Below the pieces are notes generated by a model. It was not told the DNA's origin. It ran no database searches and worked only from the letters and a program-made list of their open reading frames with translations. A program made the translations under genes and the position numbers. A stretch of 64,000 bases of DNA from Actinomycetota bacterium (GTDB taxonomy: Bacteria; Actinomycetota; Acidimicrobiia; Spongiisociales; ZC4RG35). The stretch lies in contig JAYEGJ010000001.1 of NCBI GenBank assembly GCA_034658975.1, forward strand, positions 1,991 to 65,990, given 5' to 3'. Positions 36,057 through 44,755 of this stretch are shown here, in pieces (position 1 is the first letter of the stretch; the number at the start of each line of letters is the position of its first letter).

Positions 36057-36581
36057 ATGGCAACAGATAAAGCTTCTGGTGGGCGTCTGTCGGTCTCGTT
36101 GGTCGTAGGACTCCTTCTCGTCCCGCTTGCGGCGGTCGCCTCGGTGGCAATCCTCAATCCTCAGGCCAAGGCCGACGCGGGTCTGCCAGAAACGTCGATT
36201 CCGACCGTGGTGGCATCATCGAACGGAGCGGCTGTCGAGCAGCGGATCGTCATGGAACCAGTGACGTCGAGCGCCGAGGATCTGGCTGCGGCGTGTGGTC
36301 CGGACGGCTTGGTTCTCGTTGACCTCGAGGCGAGTGGCAAAGCCAGCGATATTCAGCAGGCGGCACTCGACGCCTTGCGCCAACTCTGTGAAGAGGAGGG
36401 GATGCCTCTCCCCGATCCGCCGGCTCCGCCGCCTGTGGTCAAGACCGTTGTCAGTGAGGACACAGCGAGTGCCGGCACCGAATCCAGTGACTACGAGGAC
36501 CGCGAGGACGAGGAAGACGAAGAAGACGAAGAAGACGAGCACGAGGACGAGGAGGACGAAGAGGACGAGGAAGACGACTGA
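36057..36581 (+). CDS. Membrane-anchored hypothetical protein with a 25-residue poly-Glu/Asp C-terminal tail.
   Basis: N-terminal TM (LSVSLVVGLLLVPLAAVASVAIL). Tail EDREDEEDEEDEEDEHEDEEDEEDEEDD. Stop overlaps the next start (TGATG). Confidence 0.45.
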   Translation: MATDKASGGRLSVSLVVGLLLVPLAAVASVAILNPQAKADAGLPETSIPTVVASSNGAAVEQRIVMEPVTSSAEDLAAACGPDGLVLVDLEASGKASDIQQAALDALRQLCEEEGMPLPDPPAPPPVVKTVVSEDTASAGTESSDYEDREDEEDEEDEEDEHEDEEDEEDEEDD

Positions 36582-36910
36582 TGGTCCTCAATTCGACCTC
36601 GATCGCGGCCGGTGTTGTCGTGGCGGTGCTCGGAGCGGTTCCTCTGCTTCTCATCGTCGTCAGCTCCCAATCCGAGGAGGCACCTCAGATCCCGACAACC
36701 TCGATTCCTGCTGTCAACGTTGCTGAACTGCCCAAAGAGACGGTGTTCACAACCCCGCCGCCTCAGATCGAAGGGTTAACGGAGAGCATCTCCCGGGTCC
36801 TGGCCGTCAACGGCTTCGCTGTGGAAGAGACCATCGAAGAACTCCCACCGAGTGTCATCAGAACGCTCTCTGAGCGGGACATTGCCCTGACCATCGCCGA
36901 GGGGGGCTGA
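36581..36910 (+). CDS. Membrane-anchored hypothetical protein (109 aa).
   Basis: N-terminal TM IAAGVVVAVLGAVPLLLIVV. Translationally coupled to neighbours. Confidence 0.4.
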   Translation: MVLNSTSIAAGVVVAVLGAVPLLLIVVSSQSEEAPQIPTTSIPAVNVAELPKETVFTTPPPQIEGLTESISRVLAVNGFAVEETIEELPPSVIRTLSERDIALTIAEGG

Positions 36911-36911
36911 A

Positions 36912-37244
36912 GTGTTCATCAAGCGCATGTTCCCAAAGCGGTGGGCGAAGGTCCTCGCTTGGACTGCAGCCGCACTTGCCTGGGGGTCGGTAGCGGTGGC
37001 GGCAGCAGTCAAGAGCGAGGCGGCGGCCGAAGAGTTGGCCATTCCACCTGTACGCCCGATTCAACCTCCGGCCGCCACCACGACGACGCTTGCTGCCCTT
37101 CCGTCTCAGCCGGCAGATGGCCTGGTGATCATCCGGTATACGCCCGTTGCTCCGCCACCTCCCGAGGTGATTGTGAGGACGGTGGCTGCTCCTGCCAGAA
37201 GTGGCGGGTCCTCAACCCCTGTGGTCAAGAGCAGCGGATCATGA
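36912..37244 (+). CDS. Pro-rich secreted/anchored hypothetical protein (110 aa).
   Basis: GTG start. Hydrophobic N-terminus. Ends 3 bp into the ApbE gene. Confidence 0.35.
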   Translation: MFIKRMFPKRWAKVLAWTAAALAWGSVAVAAAVKSEAAAEELAIPPVRPIQPPAATTTTLAALPSQPADGLVIIRYTPVAPPPPEVIVRTVAAPARSGGSSTPVVKSSGS

Positions 37245-38086
37245 TCCACGAGTTCTTCCCTGCGATGGGGACCACGATCGAAGTGATGGCTGAGAGCGAT
37301 CGTCGGCTTGGCGCGACGAAGCACCTCTTTGATGTTCATGAGGCTCGATTCAGCCGATTCCTTCCCAATTCAGAGCTCTCCCTCATCAACTCCTCGCCTA
37401 AAACCGACCTCGAGGTTTCGAAAGAGATGGGGGCTGTTCTGTCGGCAGCGAAGGGACTCCAGATGGCCACGGATGGTCGCGTCGACCCTGGTATCGGTAC
37501 GGCGATGGTGGCATGGGGATACGACCGCCCTTTCACGGAAGTCATTTCACAGGCTGAGCACCCGATCGACCTGATGCGAGGCGAGTGGACGATCGAAGGC
37601 CGCCGATTGAGGCGGGAGGCAGGCGTGCGGTTCGATCTCGGTGGTGTTGCCAAGGGGTGGACGGCGGACAGGGCAGTCGAGGAAGGACTCGCTCTGCTCG
37701 TTTCGGCGGGAGGGGATGTGAGGTCCTCGCTGGACAATGCCCAAGTCGACATCGGGGATCCCTGGGGAGTCACTCCGGCAAGGGTGAAACTCGGCCGCGG
37801 TGCATTGGCCACCAGCTCGGTGACCAAGCGTCGCTGGCGGGTCGGTTCGAACGAGGCCCACCACATCATCGACCCAGCCACGATGGCACCGTCTCTCTCC
37901 CCGGTGCTGTCGGCGACTGCGCTGTGCGCTACGGCGACCGAGGCGGAGGCGGCAGCGAAGACGCTGATCCTTCTTGGTATCGAGGGTCTGCAATGGGCCG
38001 AGAGTCGACCCTGGGTAGATGCAGCGATGGTCACCTGGCACGACGGGAGCGTCTTTGCCACTCATGGCTGGGAGATGGCGGCGTGA
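37241..38086 (+). CDS. apbE: FAD:protein FMN transferase (ApbE family).
   Basis: From internal Met MIHEFFPAMGTTIEVMA. 'DVHEARFSRFLPNSELSLIN', 'DLGGVAKGW' and 'HHIIDPATMAPS' ApbE motifs. Confidence 0.8.
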   Translation: MIHEFFPAMGTTIEVMAESDRRLGATKHLFDVHEARFSRFLPNSELSLINSSPKTDLEVSKEMGAVLSAAKGLQMATDGRVDPGIGTAMVAWGYDRPFTEVISQAEHPIDLMRGEWTIEGRRLRREAGVRFDLGGVAKGWTADRAVEEGLALLVSAGGDVRSSLDNAQVDIGDPWGVTPARVKLGRGALATSSVTKRRWRVGSNEAHHIIDPATMAPSLSPVLSATALCATATEAEAAAKTLILLGIEGLQWAESRPWVDAAMVTWHDGSVFATHGWEMAA

Positions 38087-38646
38087 ACATCGAGTGGATC
38101 GTCATCCGGGGGTCCGGGCTTGTCGCCTTCGCTCTGCTGGCCATGGCAACCATTTGGGGACTGCTCATGTCTACGAAGATGCTGGGCAAGGCGGTCAAGG
38201 CGAAGCCGCTGACCTATTTTCACGAGTCTCTCGGCCTCGGAGCGCTTCTGGCCACCGTGGTGCACCTCGTCTTCCTTGCAGTCGACGACTACGTGGAGTT
38301 CGGGGCCGCCGAGCTGTTCGTGCCCGGTATGTCGGAATGGGAGCCAGTGGCCGTGGCCCTGGGTGTCATGTCCTTCTATGCGTTGGTCGTCGTCTCTCTC
38401 AGCTTCTATGTGAAGCGCTGGATCGGCCACGAAACATGGCGCTCTATCCACTTCCTTGGATTCGGGGGGTTTCTCGCATCGATGCTGCACGGCGTGATGG
38501 CGGGCGCCGATCGGGCACATCCGGCGGTCCTCGGTATGTACATCACGAGCGGCCTTCTCGTTTTCGGCCTCATGGCGGTCCGCGTTCTTTCGGCCGACAA
38601 CAAGAGCGCTGCCGGTCGCCGGGTAGCACCCGCTAGAACTTCCTGA
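38083..38646 (+). CDS. Ferric-reductase-like transmembrane domain protein (di-heme, MsrQ/YedZ-like).
   Basis: GTGA overlap with the apbE stop. About 6 TM with four conserved His in helices (YFHESLG, VVHLVFL, SIHFLGF, MLHGVMAG). Confidence 0.65.
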   Translation: MNIEWIVIRGSGLVAFALLAMATIWGLLMSTKMLGKAVKAKPLTYFHESLGLGALLATVVHLVFLAVDDYVEFGAAELFVPGMSEWEPVAVALGVMSFYALVVVSLSFYVKRWIGHETWRSIHFLGFGGFLASMLHGVMAGADRAHPAVLGMYITSGLLVFGLMAVRVLSADNKSAAGRRVAPARTS

Positions 38647-39409
38647 ACTCGGCCTTGCGCTTTTCGAGGAAGGCGTCGACGCCCTCGCGGTGTGCGGGTG
38701 TCCTGCCGAGACGGCCTTGCTCCCACTGTTCGTCTGTCAGGGCCTCCTCGAATGACTTGCCCGCCGCCCCCCGGATCAAGGCTCTCGTTGTGACCAAGGA
38801 ATCCGGCACAAGATCAGCAAGTGAGTTCGCCACCTCCAGTGCCTTTTCCACGACCTGATCGTCCGGGACCACTTCCGCCACCAATCCCAGCGTCCGGGCC
38901 TCATCGGCGCCAACTCGACGGTTGGTCATTGTCAGCTCTAATGCCTTGGACACCCCGACCATGTGTGGCAGCCACCACGTGGTGCCCGAGTCGGGAGCCA
39001 GGCCGATTGCGGTAAAAGCCGAGGTCAGGAAGGCGGATTCGGCCATGACCCTCATGTCACAACCGAGCGCCACCCCCAATCCGGCCCCAGCCGCGACGCC
39101 GTTTACTGCCGCAACCACCGGCACCTTCGCGTTCACTATCGAATGGACCATTGGATGGAAAACCTCATCCAGAAAGGCGGCAAGGTCCGGGCCACCCTTG
39201 TCGTAGTCGTCGAGCAGGTTTGCCAGGTCTGCGCCTGCACAGAATGCCTTTCCGGCCCCGGTCAGAACGACGGCTCTGGCCTCGGTTGCAGCCCGGTCCA
39301 TCGACCCGATGACACCCTCGGACAGTTCGGCCTCGACGGAGTTGAAACGGTCGGGACGATCGAGGGTGATGACGGCTACATCACCGTCGAGATTGTATTG
39401 GACGTTCAT
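38633..39409 (-). CDS. Enoyl-CoA hydratase/isomerase (crotonase family).
   Basis: VVLTGAGKAFCAGADL oxyanion-hole motif. 258 aa. Confidence 0.85.
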   Translation of the reverse strand: MNVQYNLDGDVAVITLDRPDRFNSVEAELSEGVIGSMDRAATEARAVVLTGAGKAFCAGADLANLLDDYDKGGPDLAAFLDEVFHPMVHSIVNAKVPVVAAVNGVAAGAGLGVALGCDMRVMAESAFLTSAFTAIGLAPDSGTTWWLPHMVGVSKALELTMTNRRVGADEARTLGLVAEVVPDDQVVEKALEVANSLADLVPDSLVTTRALIRGAAGKSFEEALTDEQWEQGRLGRTPAHREGVDAFLEKRKAEFRKF

Positions 39410-39536
39410 GCTCCTCCTTAGGTCGCGAATCGTAAAGGACGAAAAACCTCAGTGCTGACAGTGTTCTTGCCTATCGTTGTTGGTCATCGACGCACAAATA
39501 GCGTCCGCGAAGTCACCCAACCCACAAGGAGGGGCT

Positions 39537-39830
39537 GTGAACAAATCCGAAATGGCGGACAAGCTGGCTGGCAAGGCCGATATCTCGAAGGCCAAGGCCG
39601 CTGAGATCATCGACCATATTTTCTCCACCAAAGATGGTGAAGGAATCATCGCCGTAGAGCTTGACGCCGGCCGCAAGGTCAATGTCACAGGTTTTGGCAA
39701 TTTCACCACTAAGAGTCGTGCCGCACGTATGGGTCGCAATCCCGCGACCGGTGAGACGATTCATATTGCAGCCAAGAAGTACGCACACTTCTCAGCCGCC
39801 AAGGGCCTCAAGGACCGGGTCGCCGAGTAG
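39537..39830 (+). CDS. hup: HU family nucleoid-associated DNA-binding protein.
   Basis: MNKSEMADKLA...GFGNFTTKSRAARMGRNPATGETIHI arm motif. GTG start with an AAGGAGG RBS. Terminator downstream. Confidence 0.85.
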   Translation: MNKSEMADKLAGKADISKAKAAEIIDHIFSTKDGEGIIAVELDAGRKVNVTGFGNFTTKSRAARMGRNPATGETIHIAAKKYAHFSAAKGLKDRVAE

Positions 39831-39851
39831 GTCGCCAAGAACTCGAGTAAC

Positions 39852-39873
39852 AACGGGCCCTTCGGGGCCCGTT
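39852..39873 (+). terminator. Rho-independent terminator after hup.
   Basis: aacgggccc-ttcg-gggcccgtt, followed by gtccgtttgt. Confidence 0.7.
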
Positions 39874-39922
39874 GTCCGTTTGTAGGGGCTCCTAGTGCTC
39901 TGCCCGCCGTTACGGTGACGTA

Positions 39923-40717
39923 ATGACTCTCGATCCCCGACGCTGGTCGGCGCCGGTTGCGATTGCCCATCGGGGCAGCCGGTTGTTGTGGCCGGAGAAC
40001 ACCCTCGAGTCGTTCAGTGGAGCCGTCGAGATGGGGTATCGCCATCTCGAGACCGACATCCGGATCACGAAAGACGAAGTCATCGTCTGTGTCCACGATG
40101 AGACAGTCGATCGGACCACCAACGGCAAGGGTGAGGTGTCGTCTTTCACCCACGAGGAGCTGATGAGCCTCGACGCCGGCTATCGCCATGGGACCCGGTC
40201 GGGTTTTGAATTCAGGGGCATTGGCGTGCGGATTCCCAGCCTCGAGGAGGTGTTGTCGGCCTTTCCCGAGGTATCAGTGGTGGCCGACATGAAAGAGGAC
40301 GGTCTGGAGGAGGCCTTTGCCGACCTGATCGAGCGCACCGGGGCCCACGATCGGTTCATCGTCGGGTCGTTCAGCGATCAGAGAATCGAGCAGTTCCGTC
40401 AACTAACCGGCGGGAAGGTCTCGACCTCGACCGGACCCGCATTGGCCCGGATGTGGGTGCTGGCTTCACGCGTTGGTCGCGGCGGTGGCGGCGAAGCCAG
40501 CGCAATCCAGGTTCCCCCCGTCATTCGCGGCGTCAGAGTGGTCGACGAGAAACTGATCGACGTCGCCCATGCCTCCGGCATGCAAGTTCATGTCTGGACG
40601 ATCAACGACACCGACGAGATGGAAAGACTGCTCGATCTCGGAGTCGACGGGCTGGTGACGGATAGGCCGGACCGGCTCAGAAAACTCCTCGAGAATCGGG
40701 GAGAATGGGAGTCATGA
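39923..40717 (+). CDS. Glycerophosphodiester phosphodiesterase (GDPD family).
   Basis: IAHRGSRLLWPENTLESF and LETDIRITKDEVIVCVHD catalytic motifs. Confidence 0.85.
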   Translation: MTLDPRRWSAPVAIAHRGSRLLWPENTLESFSGAVEMGYRHLETDIRITKDEVIVCVHDETVDRTTNGKGEVSSFTHEELMSLDAGYRHGTRSGFEFRGIGVRIPSLEEVLSAFPEVSVVADMKEDGLEEAFADLIERTGAHDRFIVGSFSDQRIEQFRQLTGGKVSTSTGPALARMWVLASRVGRGGGGEASAIQVPPVIRGVRVVDEKLIDVAHASGMQVHVWTINDTDEMERLLDLGVDGLVTDRPDRLRKLLENRGEWES

Positions 40718-41220
40718 AGACCCTGGCAATTCTCCTCCTCGCAGCTCTCGAGATCGGAGGGGCCTACGGCGAGGCCTCCGCCGAAGTCAGCTCGATTGAA
40801 GACGACTCGATGGTCGTCGACCTCCAGATTGAAATCCGGACCTCAGCCTCCGCGGTTGTCGTCCATCTCGCTTTCGAGGACGATCCGGCGCTCGCACTCC
40901 CTCTTCTCGATCGAGGCGACGGACTGTTCGGGATTGTCACCGAACTCGAGCTCAAGAACTACGTCGTCGTGTTCGAGGCGGTAGGGAGCCCAGAAGGGCT
41001 GTCCCGACCCGTTTTTCTCACCGAGCTCGGCGCCGACCTCGATCCAGGCGATGGCAATGGCGGCGGACCGGGGACCGATCCGGATGATGGACTCAGCCCG
41101 GAAACCCGGCAGTTGGGTTGGCTGGCTCTGGCGCTGGCTGCTGCGTCCCTCTCGGCGCTTGCTTTCTGGGTCCTGGGCGGGCGAGACGCCAAGGCAGAGG
41201 AATCCTCAGAGGAAGAGTGA
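40705..41220 (+). CDS. Secreted hypothetical protein with a C-terminal TM anchor.
   Basis: Signal peptide MKTLAILLLAALEIGGAYG. C-terminal LGWLALALAAASLSALAFWVL. Confidence 0.45.
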   Translation: MGVMKTLAILLLAALEIGGAYGEASAEVSSIEDDSMVVDLQIEIRTSASAVVVHLAFEDDPALALPLLDRGDGLFGIVTELELKNYVVVFEAVGSPEGLSRPVFLTELGADLDPGDGNGGGPGTDPDDGLSPETRQLGWLALALAAASLSALAFWVLGGRDAKAEESSEEE

Positions 41221-41221
41221 A

Positions 41222-41719
41222 GTGATCCGAGCAGCAGCGGCCAAGGACGCCGACTCACTCGGACAGCTACATGTCGAGACCTGGCAGGCGGCCTATAGGG
41301 GCGAATTCCCCGACGAGTACCTCGATGGGCTCGACGTCGGGGGACGGATTGATTGGTTCCGTCGTGCGATCGAGGAGGAACGCGAGATCCTCGTTGCCGA
41401 AGCCGACGGCTGGGCGGTGGGGTTTGCCAGCTTCGGCCGGTCGCGGAGCAACGAATGGGGAGAGATCTACGCCGTCTACGTGCACCCAGACCATTGGGGC
41501 GAGGGACACGGGTTTCAACTCATGGCAGCGGCGGAGACCCGGCTTTCCGAGATCGGATTCGACCAAGCGCTGCTCTGGGTCCTCGACTCCAATACCCAAG
41601 CCCGGTCCTTCTATGAACGCCAGGATTGGACACTCGGCAGGCCTGTGAAGCTAGACGAGATCGGCGGGGTTCAGGTCACTGAGGTTCGTTATGAGAAGCA
41701 GCTTCGAGACGCGACCTGA
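41222..41719 (+). CDS. GNAT family N-acetyltransferase.
   Basis: GTG start 2 nt after the previous stop. Acetyl-CoA-binding region HWGEGHGFQLM. Confidence 0.75.
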   Translation: MIRAAAAKDADSLGQLHVETWQAAYRGEFPDEYLDGLDVGGRIDWFRRAIEEEREILVAEADGWAVGFASFGRSRSNEWGEIYAVYVHPDHWGEGHGFQLMAAAETRLSEIGFDQALLWVLDSNTQARSFYERQDWTLGRPVKLDEIGGVQVTEVRYEKQLRDAT

Positions 41720-42338
41720 CCATCTCGAGATCGGCCTGAAAAGTGACCTTGATGTTCTCCCGGTCTCCCTCGACCAGGGCGATGTCCAGATCTCCGAAAC
41801 GTTGGACGACCTCGACGGAGTCGTGAGCGACAACCGCGGTTTGTGCGGCCTTCACATAGGCAGCCAGAAGGCCGGGGCCACGGAAGACCTGGGGTGTCTG
41901 CACCGTCACAGCGTTGACAATCGGCCGTAACGACAGACTGTCGACGAGGAGACGCTCCGGTTCGAGGGTGGGAGCTGCCCCTCCTACCTCGTCCGCCTTC
42001 TCGAACAGCCTTTCCATTAGGGAGGCTTTGACCAGCGGGCGGGCGCCGTCGTGGATGCCGATGAGGTCGTACTCCCGTCCTAGTGCCGCCAGCCCGGCAA
42101 GCTCGCTGTCGGTGCGGGTCTGACCGCCCTTGGTCACGATGATGTCGTGCCCGAGGTCCTTGAATGGTTGGACCAGATCGGAGCGGGCCACCACCACAAC
42201 GGTGTCGGACACGGCCGACACGGCTTCGATGGTGTGAGAGATGAGGGGCTTCCCGCCGATGTCGGCGAGCAGCTTCTCGCCACCAAAACGGGTCGCAGAA
42301 CCGGCAGCCACCACGATCATCGCTCTTGAAGCCATCAA
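41676..42338 (-). CDS. ispD: 2-C-methyl-D-erythritol 4-phosphate cytidylyltransferase (IspD).
   Basis: IVVAAGSATRFG...KLL, IHDGARP, VQTPQVF, and the DLDIALVEGDRENIKVT C-terminal motif. Confidence 0.8.
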   Translation of the reverse strand: MMASRAMIVVAAGSATRFGGEKLLADIGGKPLISHTIEAVSAVSDTVVVVARSDLVQPFKDLGHDIIVTKGGQTRTDSELAGLAALGREYDLIGIHDGARPLVKASLMERLFEKADEVGGAAPTLEPERLLVDSLSLRPIVNAVTVQTPQVFRGPGLLAAYVKAAQTAVVAHDSVEVVQRFGDLDIALVEGDRENIKVTFQADLEMVRSRLEAASHNEPQ

Positions 42339-42359
42339 GACGAGAGTACCTTTGAGATC

Positions 42360-42692
42360 GTGCTGACTGTTTCAAGGCTCGTCGAGGGCATGGGCGACGG
42401 CGACTGGGTGGTCGTTCGGCCCGACGGCGAGATCATCGACATCGAGATTCCCAAGGACATCGGGCCGGCGACGTTGATGGTCGGACCGGTGACCGATGCC
42501 CTCAAGTCCCACGATGGGAGGCTTCTCACCGGTGCAATAGACCGTGACCGGGTTTGGGGCGTCGAAGCGTTTGCGTTGAACCGAGTTGTTGTGCGCCGTC
42601 TCGACGTCGAGGAACTGACTCCACTCGAGCTGTGCGAGACCGTCACTAGCTGGCGGCTCGCCTGGCAGAAGAGCGAGATGGGCTCCGACTAG
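42360..42692 (+). CDS. IspD C-terminal-like fragment ORF (110 aa), possible duplication remnant or pseudogene.
   Basis: PVTDALKSHDGRLLTGAIDRDRVWGVEAF parallels the IspD block PV.DT.K...T.DR..LW..QTPQ.F, but it lacks the N-terminal nucleotide-binding half and the QTPQ motif. Confidence 0.35.
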   Translation: MLTVSRLVEGMGDGDWVVVRPDGEIIDIEIPKDIGPATLMVGPVTDALKSHDGRLLTGAIDRDRVWGVEAFALNRVVVRRLDVEELTPLELCETVTSWRLAWQKSEMGSD

Positions 42693-42722
42693 CGGACGGC
42701 GGCTCGGCTCTAATCTTCCCCG

Positions 42723-43817
42723 ATGGACAACCCGGATCTCCAACGTCTTCGTGACGAGATAGGCGAGATCGATCGTCAGATAGTTGAACTTGCCGCGCGT
42801 CGGTCCGAGCTGGCTGCGATGGTCGGCGAGGCCAAACGTGAGACCGGGGCAGCCATTCGAGACTTCTCGAGAGAGAAAGAGGTCGTCGGACGGGCGAGGG
42901 AGATAGCCACCGGGGCTGGGTTGTCGGAGGATCTCGCCGAAAAGCTGATGCTCGAGTTGATTCGCTCGTCTCTGGTGGTCCAGGAGCGGGATCAGGTGAG
43001 AGCTTCTTCTGCGGGGACCGGACGTAGCGCGCTGGTGATCGGCGGGCTGGGCCACATGGGTAGTTGGTTTGTCCGTTTCCTCGAGTCCCAGGGTTTTGCG
43101 GTCGCCGTTGCCGACCCCTCCACCGGAGACGGCGACTACCAACGCTGGCATGATGCGGACGACCGGTTCGACCTCTACGTGATTGCGACTCCTCTCCCGG
43201 TCACGGCCGAGATCCTTTCCGAGATGGCCGCCAATCCACCGGAAGGCCTGATCTTCGACATCGGATCGCTCAAGACGCCGCTGCGACGAGGCCTCGACCA
43301 GCTCGCCGAAACCGGCGCCCTCGTCACGTCGATCCACCCCATGTTCGGCGCCGATACCGACCTGCTCTCGGGTCGGCACGTGGTCTTGGTTGATCTGGGG
43401 AATGCCGAGGCGACCTCTCAGGCGAGGAAGCTCTTCTCATCGACCATGGCTTCGATTGTTGAAATGGATCTCGATTCACACGATCGGCTGATCGCATACA
43501 TCCTCGGCCTGTCGCACGCCTTGAACATTGCCTTCTTCACCGCCCTCGCCGAGAGCGGTGAGGCGGCGGCGACCCTCGCCGAACTATCGAGTACGACGTT
43601 TGATCGTCAGCTAGATGTTGCCAGCCAGGTCGCAGGAGAGAATCCTCATCTCTACTTTGAGATCCAATACCTCAACCAATACGGCGGCGAGTCCCTTGCG
43701 GCCCTGGGAGCGGCGGTCGATCGTCTGCGTGCAGTCGTCGAGGCCGGCGACGTGGCTGGATTCAGCTCTCTCATGGAGGATGGCGCGGCGTACTTGGAGG
43801 AGACGATGCGCCGTTAG
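42723..43817 (+). CDS. tyrA: Bifunctional chorismate mutase / prephenate dehydrogenase (T-protein).
   Basis: N-terminal AroQ chorismate-mutase helix (LQRLRDEIGEIDRQIVELAARR). Rossmann ALVIGGLGHMGSWF and a TyrA-like C-terminus. Confidence 0.85.
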   Translation: MDNPDLQRLRDEIGEIDRQIVELAARRSELAAMVGEAKRETGAAIRDFSREKEVVGRAREIATGAGLSEDLAEKLMLELIRSSLVVQERDQVRASSAGTGRSALVIGGLGHMGSWFVRFLESQGFAVAVADPSTGDGDYQRWHDADDRFDLYVIATPLPVTAEILSEMAANPPEGLIFDIGSLKTPLRRGLDQLAETGALVTSIHPMFGADTDLLSGRHVVLVDLGNAEATSQARKLFSSTMASIVEMDLDSHDRLIAYILGLSHALNIAFFTALAESGEAAATLAELSSTTFDRQLDVASQVAGENPHLYFEIQYLNQYGGESLAALGAAVDRLRAVVEAGDVAGFSSLMEDGAAYLEETMRR

Positions 43818-43832
43818 CCCCCCCCGCTCAGA

Positions 43833-43885
43833 CCGTTCTGTGCGGGTTTACTACGCGTGACGCGTAACTAACCCGCACAGAACGG
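43833..43885. terminator. 53-bp palindromic element, copy 2 (inverted orientation), between convergent tyrA and HAD gene ends.
   Basis: CCGTTCTGTGCGGGTT-tactacgcgtgacgcgtaact-AACCCGCACAGAACGG. The loop is the reverse complement of the copy 1 loop except for the central base. Confidence 0.7.
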
Positions 43886-43909
43886 TTGGTCGGCATCCGA
43901 TTTGGCGCG

Positions 43910-44755
43910 TTAAGCGTCCTTGCGGCCCTTCATGGCCCAATAGGCGAGGACGGCGGCGATCCCGGTGGCTACCGCGGCGCCTGGCACCGCGGCAGATGAC
44001 AGCTTGTCCCTCATGGTCACTGCAGACTCGAAATGGCGAACCTCCCACCCGCGCTCCTCGGCGGCGGCGGCGAGTTGGGCATCGGGATTGACCACAACCG
44101 GGTGGCCTACCGCCTCCAGCATCGGAAGATCGGTGATCGAGTCGGAGTAGGCGTAGCTGCCGGCGAGGTCGATTCCCTCGGCGTGGGCCACGTCGATCAT
44201 CGCTTGTGCCTTGTCTGGCCCGTACGCATAGAGCTCTATCTCGCCCGTGTACTTGCCTTCGTCGTCGGTGGCCGACCGGGAAGCTATGACGTCTTCGATG
44301 CCGAGGTATCGGCACAAGGGGCGAACGATCTCCTCGGGGCTGGCCGAGATGACGATGATCCTCCGGCCCGCGCGCCGTTGATCGTCGATGATCGCCAGGG
44401 CCTCGGCATAGACGAAAGGTGACACCACTTCGTCGACCGTCTCTTCGACGAGGGCCTCTACCTCTGCCTTTGACCAGCCTCTCGTCAGACCGGCCAATTC
44501 CTCTTTCGCCCGCTTGAGTTGCTCCTCGCCGGCGCCAAAGGCCTGGTAGTAGGCCTGGGCAATGCCGGCCTTGGCCAGGGTGGATCCGCTCAACAACCCC
44601 GCTTTGAACATCGGGCGGGTGAAGGCGAGTGTCGACGACTTGGCGATGATCGTCTTGTCAAGGTCAAAGAAGGCAGCCTCGGTCACCCGGTCAAGATAAC
44701 CGTTGCGAGACGAGGGTCTTGATTCGACCCGGGCGACTTCATATGTTCGAGGCAT
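43910..44755 (-). CDS. HAD-IB family hydrolase (SerB-like phosphatase).
   Basis: AAFFDLDKTII motif I. Start probably the internal Met MPRTYEV (the ORF extends to 44848). Confidence 0.7.
   Translation of the reverse strand: MPRTYEVARVESRPSSRNGYLDRVTEAAFFDLDKTIIAKSSTLAFTRPMFKAGLLSGSTLAKAGIAQAYYQAFGAGEEQLKRAKEELAGLTRGWSKAEVEALVEETVDEVVSPFVYAEALAIIDDQRRAGRRIIVISASPEEIVRPLCRYLGIEDVIASRSATDDEGKYTGEIELYAYGPDKAQAMIDVAHAEGIDLAGSYAYSDSITDLPMLEAVGHPVVVNPDAQLAAAAEERGWEVRHFESAVTMRDKLSSAAVPGAAVATGIAAVLAYWAMKGRKDA

Noticed and set aside
36470-36581. Low-complexity gaa/gac repeat DNA that looked like a tandem repeat element.
   Set aside because: It is in frame within the 36057-36581 ORF and encodes the poly-Glu/Asp tail, so it is a coding low-complexity region, not a repeat element.
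42372-43379. Long reverse-strand ORFs inside real genes. Examples: 42372-43379 (-), 45092-46117 (-), 26603-28135 (+), 28153-29073 (-), 29827-30738 (-), 20638-21231 (-), 21593-22450 (-), 51450-52055 (-), 52024-52974 (-), 7154-7660 (-).
   Set aside because: Their translations are Arg/Pro/Gly-rich low-complexity sequences typical of GC-rich shadow frames. They overlap genes with clear family signatures on the other strand.
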